Below, in pieces: positions 18,883 to 28,004 of a stretch of DNA of 48,079 nt. A program made the translations under genes and the position numbers. Numbering within the stretch: position 1 is the first letter of the stretch; each line of letters starts with the position of its first letter. Source of the DNA: a virus (Duplodnaviria > Caudoviricetes); IMG/VR virus record IMGVR_UViG_3300044970_000959, positions 1 through 48,079 of that record. One strand, written 5' to 3'. A model generated the notes under the pieces. It was not told the origin of the DNA and searched no databases. It saw only the letters and a program-made list of their open reading frames with translations.

Positions 18883-19751
18883 TGGCCGTACGGGAATGGC
18901 GTGAACTACCGCGAACCGTCACGCATCTGATCGGTGCGTCACCGGAGTTTGAGCGTCGATTCGTCGCCACGCTCGACGATCCCGATACGAACGCCACCGA
19001 CGTTATCACGACAATCGCCTGCACGCACGGGTCGCCGCATCCCGAGGTGGCGTGGGCCGAGTGCTACGAGGTGACGGTCAACGAAGCCTACGAGGACAAC
19101 CGCTACTGGCACGAGGTGGTTGCCAAGTACAAGATCCCCGAGGCTGACGAGCGTGACAGCGACCTCCTGCCGTGGCTGCGTCCCGACGTGTGGAAGTTCC
19201 AGACGCAAGGTGTGGCCGTTCCGGCGTTGACCTACTACGACGGCTCGACGCAGAGGCCGCTCACGAACTCGGCTGGCGACTTTTTCGAGGGGCTGACCGT
19301 TGACGAAGCCCAGCAGAAAATCACGATCACGAGCAACCGGCAGAACTTCCCTTCGGCGCTCGCAGCGGCGGTGACGAATTGCGTCAACGACGGTTCGTAT
19401 CTCGGGTTCGCCACGGACTGCATCAAGGTTCAGGGCATTTCGGGCGAGCAAGCGGTGGAGCAGGTCAACGACCAGGAGGTGCGATTCTGGAAGATCACGA
19501 GCGAGCTGCTCGGCCGCCAGACGGGATGGAACCTGCTGCTTCCTGACGTGGGCTTCAACTACATCGACGGCGGCATCAAGAAACGTGCCGACGTGCAAGG
19601 GCCAGATGGCGAGCAAGTCGCGTCGGCGAACCCGATCGCCCTGAACGGTAGCGGCGGAAAACAGGCTGGCGCCTCGCTTCCTGCCATCCTCACTCGCCGC
19701 ATCTACACCCGCATCTCTATGTCGAACTTCTTCGGCACGCCGCCGACCTAG
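18882..19751 (+). CDS. Tail tip/hub protein
   Basis: Directly after the TMP; TNSAGD and LPDVGFN motifs. Confidence 0.6.
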   Translation: MAVREWRELPRTVTHLIGASPEFERRFVATLDDPDTNATDVITTIACTHGSPHPEVAWAECYEVTVNEAYEDNRYWHEVVAKYKIPEADERDSDLLPWLRPDVWKFQTQGVAVPALTYYDGSTQRPLTNSAGDFFEGLTVDEAQQKITITSNRQNFPSALAAAVTNCVNDGSYLGFATDCIKVQGISGEQAVEQVNDQEVRFWKITSELLGRQTGWNLLLPDVGFNYIDGGIKKRADVQGPDGEQVASANPIALNGSGGKQAGASLPAILTRRIYTRISMSNFFGTPPT

Positions 19752-19759
19752 GAGGAACT

Positions 19760-20128
19760 ATGGCCGACATTTCTTATAGCGTGAATCTGAACGTCAACGC
19801 CGGTGCGCTGCGGCAGAACCTCAACGCATCGGGCATCACGAGCGACTTTGCCACGACGGGCCTGCTGGCATTGACGCTCAACCTGGGCACGGCGACGCAG
19901 ACGATTACCACGGCGTCGGCATCGAACCTGGGCCTGTGCTTCGCCCGTTCGCTGGCGACCAGCGGCACGCATACGATTTCGCTTGGGCGAATCAGCGGCA
20001 CGACGCTCTTTGACGCCGTGCGGCTCAAGGCTGGCGAGGCTGGCATCTTCCGGCTCGCACCGGGGAACTACGCCGCCAAGGCCGACGCGCCCGGTTCGCG
20101 TCTGCTCCTGCAAATTCTGGAGGAGTGA
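19760..20128 (+). CDS. Hypothetical tail protein
   Basis: AGGAGG RBS; beta-rich. Confidence 0.65.
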   Translation: MADISYSVNLNVNAGALRQNLNASGITSDFATTGLLALTLNLGTATQTITTASASNLGLCFARSLATSGTHTISLGRISGTTLFDAVRLKAGEAGIFRLAPGNYAAKADAPGSRLLLQILEE

Positions 20129-20643
20129 TGTCCACGGCTCGCGTTGACTTCACTCGCGGTGCTGCGGAGCGGATCGCCAGGGCTGTTCGTATCGTCGAGA
20201 CGGGCGAGCGGGACGGGGCGCCACTGACGTTCAAGCGGCCATTTGAGGCCGGCGGTGGCGGCGGTGCTCCTCCAATCCGTATCGGCAAAACTCCCTGCGA
20301 TTGGGCCGTCGGTCAATGCGTCACGATCACGCTCTGGGGTGGCGAGGGCACATGCACGCCGACGCAGACCTCGCCCACTGCCACGATCGAGAACGTCCGC
20401 AATCTGTCGCACGACGTTGCCCAGGATTCGTGGGTCGCGATTGGGAAGGCCGCCGACGGCCAGTGGTATCTCGTCGAGGCCGGGTCACCAGACGATTCGG
20501 AATCCTGCCGCCAGACCATCGCGGGTGAAGATTTCACTAAGTGGAGCGGCTGGAACGGCTCGGCAGTGCAGCTGCTCGGCCACGATGAGAACGGCTGTCT
20601 GAAGTGGTTTGACACCGATTCGTGCGAGACGCCGAGCCCATGA
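20128..20643 (+). CDS. Tail protein
   Basis: TGATG coupling; AERIARAVRIVE and QLLGHDENGCLKWF. Confidence 0.65.
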   Translation: MSTARVDFTRGAAERIARAVRIVETGERDGAPLTFKRPFEAGGGGGAPPIRIGKTPCDWAVGQCVTITLWGGEGTCTPTQTSPTATIENVRNLSHDVAQDSWVAIGKAADGQWYLVEAGSPDDSESCRQTIAGEDFTKWSGWNGSAVQLLGHDENGCLKWFDTDSCETPSP

Positions 20644-22838
20644 CCGTCATCAAGTTCGAGAACGGCAAGCCGACGCTTCGTGACGGCCAGGTCGGCACCG
20701 ATGCGGCCTGTTGTGACCAGTGCTGCGGCGGCGTGATCCACACTGAGCCGGGCGACTGCTGCAAGGGCACGTTTCATCCCGAGTCGGACCCTGATTCGCC
20801 GTGTCCCGAGGGCCAGATTTTTCTGCGGTGGGGAGCGTTCAACGAGTGCTGCGGCTGCGTGCCCGCGACGATATTCGATGGTCGCGTCGGCGAGGAGGTT
20901 TCGACCGCCAGCGTGAAGGACGATCTGTGCTGCCCTAAGTGCACGGATCGGCCGCTGGTTGGGGAGTGGTGGAACAGCCACCTGCCGTACACAGAGGAGG
21001 AGGGCGAGATTCCATACACGCCCGCCGGAACGTGGCGCGGGTGTGTCGGACGGTGCTGCGGTGGAAACGCGGCCGAAGGGTGCCAGGACACATACCAGTA
21101 CGTCTGCGACAACCTATCGGGCACGTTCACGGCGGACCGCTGCTGCGAGACAGACGGCTGCCCGATCTGGTGCTGCAACGATGACGGGTCATGCACGATC
21201 ACAGAGCAGGTCCAATGCCCGCCGGAGCGGCGGCACGCGCAAGACCCTGAAGACCCGTTGGGGTATGAGTGTCAAGAGGCCTGCGTCGGGGCGTGCTGCG
21301 TGCAAGGCGAAGACGGCTCGTGGTCGCTCGCGACGGTCGAGCGGTACGATCCCGAGACGCAAACGTACATCACTACAAACCAACTCAGTGCCGGCGAGTG
21401 CGCAACCGCTGGCGGACGGTGGCAGGGGCCGGGCTCGACATCGTGTCCGGTCGGCCCATGCTGCGAGAGCGTCACGAGCAGCGCGGCGAGCCTGACATTC
21501 ACGCCGCCCGACGATCTGGGCTGTGCCGACGCTGGCTCGTGTGCGTTGTCTGTGACCGTGACCGTTCGCTCACAGTCTCCCGTGTGCGTGCGTGGAACGC
21601 TCATGGGCGGCGGCTGCACGGCCAAGGAAACATTCGTCGTGTGCAACGGGCGGCTCGACATCACGCCCGGCCCCGGCAAGACAACACTCGACAGTGCATA
21701 CGTCGAGGTGTGCTGGGCTGCCGGCGAGGGGCCGGAGACGATCAACTTCGACTGCTGTGGGAGTTTCTTCCTGCTCGGCAACTGCGACTGCTCGTGCGTC
21801 ACGACGCTGGTCTATGACGGGGCGGGATGCACGAGTTCCGCCCTGCTCCAGATGCGCGGCGACGCCGTCATCGACTCTAGTGGTAGCGGGCCGCTGGTGC
21901 TCACGAGCGTCATCGGCAGCGCACAGCCCGAGCCGTCGGCCACGAATTGCCACCGCACGCTGACACTTACTGGCACAAACGACGATCACAACGAGATTCG
22001 CGGTATCTTTCAGCCACCAAGTAACAAGGTCTGCAACGTCATCAAAGACGGCGTCGGAACGTGGCGGTTCAATGGGGCTGGAGGCGGTCCTCCATTTTCG
22101 CGGATTAGCGGGACGCTGCATATTCAGAATGGAACGATCCGTGAGGCGACAGGGAAAGTTGTTCCAAGCCAATTCGACATCGGCGACGATGCCACAGATG
22201 CGACCGGTCAGGCTGTGTTTTTTCTGGAAGCCGGTGTTGGAAGTGGCAGTCTTTTCGTCGCAGAGATTGTTGTTTTGGCTGCAGAGAACACGCAGGTCGT
22301 TTTAGTGGGCGGCGGCGCAGGCTCAAGGTTTTCCGAGGCGGGAATGTGGCTGGGCCGCGATGTAACTCTATTTGCGGAAACTGGCGGTACTGTCGATTTT
22401 CAGACGTTCTGGTTCGGCGGCACATACCCGACGCAAGATACAGCCGCTAGCAACGTGACTATCGGAACGGCGGACTATCAAGGCAAAGTCTTGCTGAACG
22501 CCAACGGGCCTCTGTTCACGAGCGGAGAGGTGATCGTCGCCTATGGAGAAGCAGCGATTGGCATGAACGCCACATTGGAGACCGGCGGCGGCGTCACGAT
22601 CAACGCTGGCGCGACGCTTTCGGTCGTCGCTCTAATCAGCAACCCCGGCGACCTCGCCACCTCCGCGACGTTTGCCGATGACACGCTCACGGTCGCGTTC
22701 TCAGGCGACCCGACAACGGGCGACGAATACATCCTGCTCCTCGGCCCCACGAACAACACGATCGCCACCGTGACGCTGACCGGCACGACCCAGACCGGCA
22801 CCTACGATTCCGCCACCTCCACCCTCACCATCGACTGA
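20640..22838 (+). CDS. Cys-rich tail fibre/adhesin with autotransporter-type beta-strand repeat
   Basis: Many CC motifs (GDCC, GRCC, GACC, GPCC); LTLTGTN...VIKDGVGTWRF..SGTLHIQNGTI. Confidence 0.7.
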   Translation: MTVIKFENGKPTLRDGQVGTDAACCDQCCGGVIHTEPGDCCKGTFHPESDPDSPCPEGQIFLRWGAFNECCGCVPATIFDGRVGEEVSTASVKDDLCCPKCTDRPLVGEWWNSHLPYTEEEGEIPYTPAGTWRGCVGRCCGGNAAEGCQDTYQYVCDNLSGTFTADRCCETDGCPIWCCNDDGSCTITEQVQCPPERRHAQDPEDPLGYECQEACVGACCVQGEDGSWSLATVERYDPETQTYITTNQLSAGECATAGGRWQGPGSTSCPVGPCCESVTSSAASLTFTPPDDLGCADAGSCALSVTVTVRSQSPVCVRGTLMGGGCTAKETFVVCNGRLDITPGPGKTTLDSAYVEVCWAAGEGPETINFDCCGSFFLLGNCDCSCVTTLVYDGAGCTSSALLQMRGDAVIDSSGSGPLVLTSVIGSAQPEPSATNCHRTLTLTGTNDDHNEIRGIFQPPSNKVCNVIKDGVGTWRFNGAGGGPPFSRISGTLHIQNGTIREATGKVVPSQFDIGDDATDATGQAVFFLEAGVGSGSLFVAEIVVLAAENTQVVLVGGGAGSRFSEAGMWLGRDVTLFAETGGTVDFQTFWFGGTYPTQDTAASNVTIGTADYQGKVLLNANGPLFTSGEVIVAYGEAAIGMNATLETGGGVTINAGATLSVVALISNPGDLATSATFADDTLTVAFSGDPTTGDEYILLLGPTNNTIATVTLTGTTQTGTYDSATSTLTID

Positions 22839-22839
22839 C

Positions 22840-23190
22840 ATGGGCTGCATCGAAACATTCATCATCGACGGCCAGGTGGTCGAGAGGGACTGCCGGACGA
22901 AGCGGATCGTTGGCGATGCGGCGGCGCAGTCAACCGGGCCGGGCCTGCTCACAAAGGCGATCAACTTCACAAAGTCCGCCGTGAACCACGTCGCCGCCGG
23001 GATGCCCCGCGCCAGCGAGGCCGAGATCGAGCGGCGGTTCGCGATCTGCCAGGGCTGCGAGTTCTACGACGGGTCGGCCTGCACGAAGTGCGGATGCCCG
23101 GTCGTGCGGGAGAAGCGGTTCGTGTCGAAGCTGGCCTGGGCCGGGGAGAAATGCCCGGTCGGCAAGTGGGGGCCGGTCGAGCCCGCTTGA
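22840..23190 (+). CDS. Small Cys-rich protein (DUF6171-like)
   Basis: RFAICQGCEF..CTKCGC..K..CPVGKW. Confidence 0.7.
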   Translation: MGCIETFIIDGQVVERDCRTKRIVGDAAAQSTGPGLLTKAINFTKSAVNHVAAGMPRASEAEIERRFAICQGCEFYDGSACTKCGCPVVREKRFVSKLAWAGEKCPVGKWGPVEPA

Positions 23191-23223
23191 CACGCTCGCC
23201 ATGCTGCGGGCGAAGGGGATGCC

Positions 23224-23517
23224 GTGCCCGACGATCACGTATTCACGCTGAACGGTGACGAGCGGTGGCTCATCCGGTTCACCACGCTCAAGGGTGCAGC
23301 CTATGGCTACACGTACTCGCAGAAGGCGAAGCACCCGCGAATCATCCTTGACGCTCGCATGCGCGGACGGAAGAAGCTGGAAGTGCTGGTTCACGAACTC
23401 CTCCACGCGCTCAACCCAACGCAGAGCGAAGAACACGTCGAACAGCAGGGCAAGGATATTGCACGGGTTCTATGGAGTCTTGGATACAGGGAGGTGCCGC
23501 ATGGCGAAGACGCGTAG
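23224..23517 (+). CDS. Small HExxH metallopeptidase-like protein
   Basis: EVLVHELLHAL...EEHVE. Confidence 0.65.
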   Translation: MPDDHVFTLNGDERWLIRFTTLKGAAYGYTYSQKAKHPRIILDARMRGRKKLEVLVHELLHALNPTQSEEHVEQQGKDIARVLWSLGYREVPHGEDA

Positions 23518-23755
23518 TTTGCTCACGGTAGTCGATGCCGCTGCCGGCAGTTACCGGCACCGCACCACATGGTTTGACCGCCTTGATGCCGATGCAAAAT
23601 CGGAACTGATGGCGGCTCGGAAAAAGTGGCGCGATGGTGGCTACACGCTGAAGCGGCTCACGCTCGCGCGGATGATTGTCGATGCTGCGCGTGAACGCGG
23701 CTGGCCTGTGTGCGACGCAACAAGGATGTCAGAATGGCTCCGCAAAAACGACTAG
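23501..23755 (+). CDS. Hypothetical protein
   Basis: GGAGG RBS; MAKTRSLL... Confidence 0.6.
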   Translation: MAKTRSLLTVVDAAAGSYRHRTTWFDRLDADAKSELMAARKKWRDGGYTLKRLTLARMIVDAARERGWPVCDATRMSEWLRKND

Positions 23756-24807
23756 TCGATGAAGTGGATAAGGCCGCCGCCAACGCCAACCAACTCGCGG
23801 CCGACGCGGAACTCGCGCGGCTGCGCTCCGAGGTTGCATCGCTGCGTGGCCGCTACAAGGCGGCGCTGCAGCAGATCGACCGCGAGCGCGAGCGGGCGGA
23901 TTCGCTCGTGCAACTGCGGGGCATCGAGCCGGTCGTTCCACTTTCTGGAAAAGCGAAAAACACGAAGCACGCCGCCACGATGGTCGTGCTGCTGTCGGAC
24001 ATTCACTGCGAAGAGGTCGTTCGACCCGAGACGGTAAACGGGCTGAATGAGTTCAACCTCGACGTGTGCGAAGCCCGGCTCGCGGAGTTGTGGTCGCGGT
24101 TCTTCGCCATGCTCGAGCACGAGCGGCAACTGTGCCGCATCGACCGGGTGTGCATCTGGATTGGCGGCGACGTGATTACTGGCATGATCCACCCGGAGCT
24201 TGCCGAAGAGAACAGCCTGCACCCCCTGGCGGCGAAGCGGTGGATTGGCTCCCGCCTACGCGGATTCATCGACGCCGCGAGCGAGCAGGTGAAAGAAATA
24301 GTGGTAGCGACTTCTTGCGGAAACCATGGCCGCACGACCGAGAAGCTCCGCACGAACGAAGCCGACACGTCCTACGAACACGACCTGTACCTGACGATGC
24401 AGGCTGAGGAGCGGCGAAAGAACGTCCGCTGGCAGATTGGCGAGGGGCACTTGAACTACGTGGACCTCGACGGATTTCGCGTGCGGTTCTGCCACGGCCA
24501 TGCCATTCGCTACCAGGGCGGCATCGGCGGCATTCATGTCCCGCTCAACAAAGCAATCGCGGCGTGGGACTCGACTACACGGGCTGACCTGACGTGCATT
24601 GGTCACTGGCACCAGTTCTCTTGGGGCCGCTCGGGGCGATACGTCACGAACGGCAGCGTGATTGGACACTCCGCCTACGCTATCCGCATCAAGGCCAACT
24701 ATGAGCCGCCGTGCCAAGCCGCGTTCGTCATCGACCACGGACGCCGCGAGGTCACGAAAGCATATCCATTGTTCTGCGACCGGGATCTACGAAAGGGGAA
24801 GGCATGA
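23734..24807 (+). CDS. Calcineurin-like metallophosphoesterase
   Basis: SDIH, GGD, GNHG, HGH, GHWH motifs after an N-terminal coiled coil. Confidence 0.85.
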   Translation: MAPQKRLVDEVDKAAANANQLAADAELARLRSEVASLRGRYKAALQQIDRERERADSLVQLRGIEPVVPLSGKAKNTKHAATMVVLLSDIHCEEVVRPETVNGLNEFNLDVCEARLAELWSRFFAMLEHERQLCRIDRVCIWIGGDVITGMIHPELAEENSLHPLAAKRWIGSRLRGFIDAASEQVKEIVVATSCGNHGRTTEKLRTNEADTSYEHDLYLTMQAEERRKNVRWQIGEGHLNYVDLDGFRVRFCHGHAIRYQGGIGGIHVPLNKAIAAWDSTTRADLTCIGHWHQFSWGRSGRYVTNGSVIGHSAYAIRIKANYEPPCQAAFVIDHGRREVTKAYPLFCDRDLRKGKA

Positions 24808-25367
24808 CCACGACACTGGAAGAGGCGAACGAAACACTCCGCAACGCGGTGCGCACCAGGCTGGACGCGACGCCGAAGAATGATCCGAAGATGCTTGGCT
24901 ACGTGTCGCAGCCGGAGACGGAACCTCGGGACATTGGTGCAAGTACCGAGGAAATGTCACAGGACGATCACGGCGTCGATTTGGACAAGCTGGCCGACGT
25001 GCCGTATATCGAGCACCTGCTGCAGCGGCTCGCAGGCGACGGGCTCTTGAAGCCCGACGTTCACCCCACGAGCCAAGCGTACTTCGACCTACTCGATACG
25101 CTGCGGCAGCTTCATATATCCAAGAGTGCCGGATATGGGTGCCCAGATGGCACAGATCCGCTGCTCAACATCCGGCGAGGTGCGGAGTTCGTCGGCATCC
25201 CAGCGTGGCAGGGAGCCATGGTGCGATTGAGTGACAAGGTGACGCGGCTGTCTGTGTTCAACAAGACGGGCAACCTGCCGCACGAGTCGGTCGAGGACAC
25301 GCTGTTGGACCTTGCCAGTTATTCGCTATTGGCCCTGTTGCTTTACCGAGAGGAACGCGATGCCTGA
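24804..25367 (+). CDS. Nucleotide-modification-associated domain 1 (DUF1599-like) protein
   Basis: KSAGYG...VRLSDKVTRL...ESVEDTLLDLASYS. Confidence 0.75.
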   Translation: MTTTLEEANETLRNAVRTRLDATPKNDPKMLGYVSQPETEPRDIGASTEEMSQDDHGVDLDKLADVPYIEHLLQRLAGDGLLKPDVHPTSQAYFDLLDTLRQLHISKSAGYGCPDGTDPLLNIRRGAEFVGIPAWQGAMVRLSDKVTRLSVFNKTGNLPHESVEDTLLDLASYSLLALLLYREERDA

Positions 25368-25566
25368 GCCCCTCTCTGACGCCTACCTGCAGCAGTGCGA
25401 GTTCGACGCTCGCCGCTACCAGGGTGCCTACACCGGGACCGCTGGCACGCTCGCCGGCCACGTCATGCGGCTGCTCGCGGAACTCTCCCGCGTGAAAGGC
25501 CGCCTCGCGGTGACCATCGCCCAGCGTGACGAGCGGCCGTGCCTGTCGCACATCAGAGGAGATTGA
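25360..25566 (+). CDS. Hypothetical protein
   Basis: Coupled ORF MPEPLSDAYL... Confidence 0.6.
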   Translation: MPEPLSDAYLQQCEFDARRYQGAYTGTAGTLAGHVMRLLAELSRVKGRLAVTIAQRDERPCLSHIRGD

Positions 25567-25641
25567 CCCGGGCCAGCCGGTGAGGCGCGGCGGTGGTTCC
25601 CCTTCCGCCACTGCTGCGACTCCCGGCTGTGCTCGGGGTCA
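25564..25641. terminator. Long imperfect hairpin between convergent operons
   Basis: TGACCCGGGC/GCTCGGGGTCA, CAGCCGG/CCGGCTG and CGCGGCGGTGG/CCACTGCTGCG nested stems. Confidence 0.55.
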
Positions 25642-25687
25642 GGATAATTCTGGATAATTGCGTGTGGAGCAATTATCGAGAAGTGGG

Positions 25688-25936
25688 CTACCTGGCCCAC
25701 GAGTCGCCAGCCTTGTGCGGATGCTCTTCAAAGTCGCCGCACCAATCAGCAATCAGAACGGTAGGCCACCATGGCGAATAGTCATCGCTGGCACTCCTCG
25801 GAAGCCGAAGCGGTTGCGGGGCGTACCGCCTGCACTCGCCGTCAGTTCCGATCTTGATCTCGCGAAAAAACCGGCATCGCTCGCACGTCTTCAGTTCGTC
25901 GCTGTCGAGCCCGTCTTCTTCGTCGGCGTCAGCCAT
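25688..25936 (-). CDS. Small Cys-rich protein
   Basis: CERCRFF...GECRRYAP...WPTV..DWCGDF. Confidence 0.75.
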   Translation of the reverse strand: MADADEEDGLDSDELKTCERCRFFREIKIGTDGECRRYAPQPLRLPRSASDDYSPWWPTVLIADWCGDFEEHPHKAGDSWAR

Positions 25937-26277
25937 CACTTCATCTCCGGGGGTTCTGGCAGTTTCATCCAGTGGGTGATGCCTGGGTAAAGGTCGCTCT
26001 CTTGTGACTCTCGCCATTCGCCGTTTCTGTATTCGCAGAGAACGTGTCCCTGCCACGGCTTTAGGCATTGGCCGCCGCCGTTCCACGCCAATACTTCCTG
26101 CTCCTCTTCCGGCAGCCGCTCGCCCACGGGAATCCAGCGTCGCGCGTTCATGTCCTCGACCATCTCGTCAAGTAGTTCCCTCGAAACGACGGTTGCCGTG
26201 CCACCCTCAGGCCAGTGAACTGTCACGCGGCCATCCTTATCGCGAGAGCACTCCACGTTGGGCACAAGGCCGATCAT
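25936..26277 (-). CDS. DUF551-domain protein
   Basis: WIPVGERLPE...ITHWMKLPEPP. Confidence 0.8.
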   Translation of the reverse strand: MIGLVPNVECSRDKDGRVTVHWPEGGTATVVSRELLDEMVEDMNARRWIPVGERLPEEEQEVLAWNGGGQCLKPWQGHVLCEYRNGEWRESQESDLYPGITHWMKLPEPPEMK

Positions 26278-26555
26278 CACGTCACCTCCGGCGGTTCGGG
26301 CAGTGGCATCCAGTGGCTCGGCTCGGTGGCCTCTTCGTAGTTGGTGTCCAATTCCCAGTTGCCGTAGAACATGAACGCGCCGATCGTGTGCGGATGCTCG
26401 TGCGGCTTGCAATCCACGAGCACCAGGACTCGCGTGTTGAGTGCTGGCAATTGTTCCAAGACAGAAATCCACTTCGGCACCAACTCGCACGCCGCCGCAA
26501 TCGCGTCATCGCCGCCAGAGCGGATGCGGATGTCGAGGTCTTTCATGCAGCCCAT
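26277..26555 (-). CDS. DUF551-domain protein
   Basis: WISVLEQLP...SHWMPLPEPP. Confidence 0.8.
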   Translation of the reverse strand: MGCMKDLDIRIRSGGDDAIAAACELVPKWISVLEQLPALNTRVLVLVDCKPHEHPHTIGAFMFYGNWELDTNYEEATEPSHWMPLPEPPEVT

Positions 26556-26604
26556 GCGTCACTCCCTTCGCGGAAACTCACCGGCAGTCTACGCCGGCTG
26601 GCGT

Positions 26605-26883
26605 TCATTGTGCTGCCTCTCTCGACAGCAGTGCCTCAATCGCCTTCTTCGCGTTGTGCACGATCATGTCGCTGGCTAGCGGCTCCATCATTACCTCGTC
26701 ACGAATCTCCACGTTCGACATCACCTTTCGCCCATCGGGCAACCGCGTTACCAGCGTGAACGTGGCGCAGTCTGGGCGTGGCACCCACTCGCCGTCTTTG
26801 CCATTGTGGCCGGCTGGCTTGATGAGGATCACGCGGCTCGGGTGTCCGTGAAGCCACTCGACCATTGACTGTGCATCTGTCAT
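26605..26883 (-). CDS. Hypothetical protein
   Basis: AAGGAG RBS; MTDAQSMVEWL... Confidence 0.6.
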   Translation of the reverse strand: MTDAQSMVEWLHGHPSRVILIKPAGHNGKDGEWVPRPDCATFTLVTRLPDGRKVMSNVEIRDEVMMEPLASDMIVHNAKKAIEALLSREAAQ

Positions 26884-26921
26884 CCGTGCGTCTCCTTTTG
26901 CGGTGAGTCTACGCCACCGGG

Positions 26922-27128
26922 CTAGTGTTGTCGCCGTGGTCTCCCCTGGTTCGTCGTCCGCACGTACGCCGCTGCACTGTCTCGGCTCACGACGTAGTTT
27001 CGCCCGACGCGCAGCCCTTGGACGCGGCCATCCTTGATGAGCGAGAGCATCCATCGTGGCGTCACGTCAGCGAGTTTCGCGGCCTCGGGGACCGTGATCC
27101 AGTCATCGGGCTTGGTTGCTGGGAGCAT
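26922..27128 (-). CDS. Xis-like (HTH_17) DNA-binding protein
   Basis: WITVPEAAKLADVTPRWMLSLIKDGRVQGLRVGRNYVV. Confidence 0.8.
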   Translation of the reverse strand: MLPATKPDDWITVPEAAKLADVTPRWMLSLIKDGRVQGLRVGRNYVVSRDSAAAYVRTTNQGRPRRQH

Positions 27129-27324
27129 ATTCGCCTTTCGCGTACAGACGGTCTTCGATCTCGCGGAGTTGCTGGCACAGATGCTCCATTTCGCCGACGT
27201 GGCCCCAGTTTTCGCGGCCGTTTGTCGGGCGGTCGCGTAGTGCCATGGCAATCGACTCGGCGAGCCCGAGGGCTTCAAGGTGCCGCGAGCGGTAGGTGTG
27301 GCTGGCTTCGGTGGGGGCGGTCAT
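27103..27324 (-). CDS. Hypothetical protein
   Basis: Coupled ORF; ENWGHVGEM. Confidence 0.6.
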   Translation of the reverse strand: MTAPTEASHTYRSRHLEALGLAESIAMALRDRPTNGRENWGHVGEMEHLCQQLREIEDRLYAKGEYAPSNQAR

Positions 27325-27596
27325 GCTGCGGCCTCCATCACAAGAGCGGACTCAATCAGCCGCACAGCCTCGCGTGCGGTCGCCCACTGGTCATAGTCTT
27401 CGATGTACTCAAGCCCCGCGTCGGGGCAGACAACGCAATACGAGGCTGGCCCGGGCTGCCAGCCCATGCGCCCGGTCGGCATCAGCTTCTCGACCATGGG
27501 GGCGTGGCAATACACGTGGATGTCATCGCGGCCGATCCAGCGGCACTCGCCCGTGACGAGGCTGTGGACGGCGGCGGTGATGGATGCGGTGGTCAT
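27321..27596 (-). CDS. Hypothetical protein, paralogue of 30426-30638
   Basis: GECRWIGRDDIHVYCHAP...YCVVCPDAGLEY. Confidence 0.75.
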   Translation of the reverse strand: MTTASITAAVHSLVTGECRWIGRDDIHVYCHAPMVEKLMPTGRMGWQPGPASYCVVCPDAGLEYIEDYDQWATAREAVRLIESALVMEAAA

Positions 27597-27630
27597 GGGT
27601 TGGGCTCCTGTTGGTGTGGCGTGAGTGGAA

Positions 27631-27849
27631 TCAGGCGGCGGTGATCGACGTGTAGTAGTCGATCCGGCTCCATGCCTTGCCGCAGCGAACGCAGAGCGAG
27701 TCGCCCTTGATTGCGAGGCTGGCGATGTTCTTTGCGGTGAACACAAACGTCCGCATCCCCACGCTGTAGTAGACGGTCTTGCCGGCATCTACAGCCTTGC
27801 GGATTCGGTCGAGGCGGGCAGTCATCACTTGAAGCTTCGCGGCGTCCAT
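27631..27849 (-). CDS. Hypothetical protein, first gene of leftward operon
   Basis: GAGGAG RBS downstream of promoter. Confidence 0.65.
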   Translation of the reverse strand: MDAAKLQVMTARLDRIRKAVDAGKTVYYSVGMRTFVFTAKNIASLAIKGDSLCVRCGKAWSRIDYYTSITAA

Positions 27850-27901
27850 CGTTTCATCTCCTCGTCTCGTGTCTTGCGGCCCCGTGCCGCGTCATGCCAC
27901 T

Positions 27902-27929
27902 AGTATACGTCTATCGGAATACACGGCAA
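27902..27929 (-). promoter_or_regulatory. Leftward promoter TTGCCG-N16-TATACT
   Basis: Sigma70-like hexamers with an A-tract upstream. Confidence 0.7.
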
Positions 27930-28004
27930 GGGGGGATGAAAGATTTTTCCCGCCCCCCCTGTTTTCGCGGGCGAAACGCGGGCTTTTGGCGGCGGGGCTG
28001 GCGA

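Noticed and set aside
20640-22838. Diversity-generating retroelement target
   Set aside because: No reverse transcriptase and no TR/VR repeat pair seen
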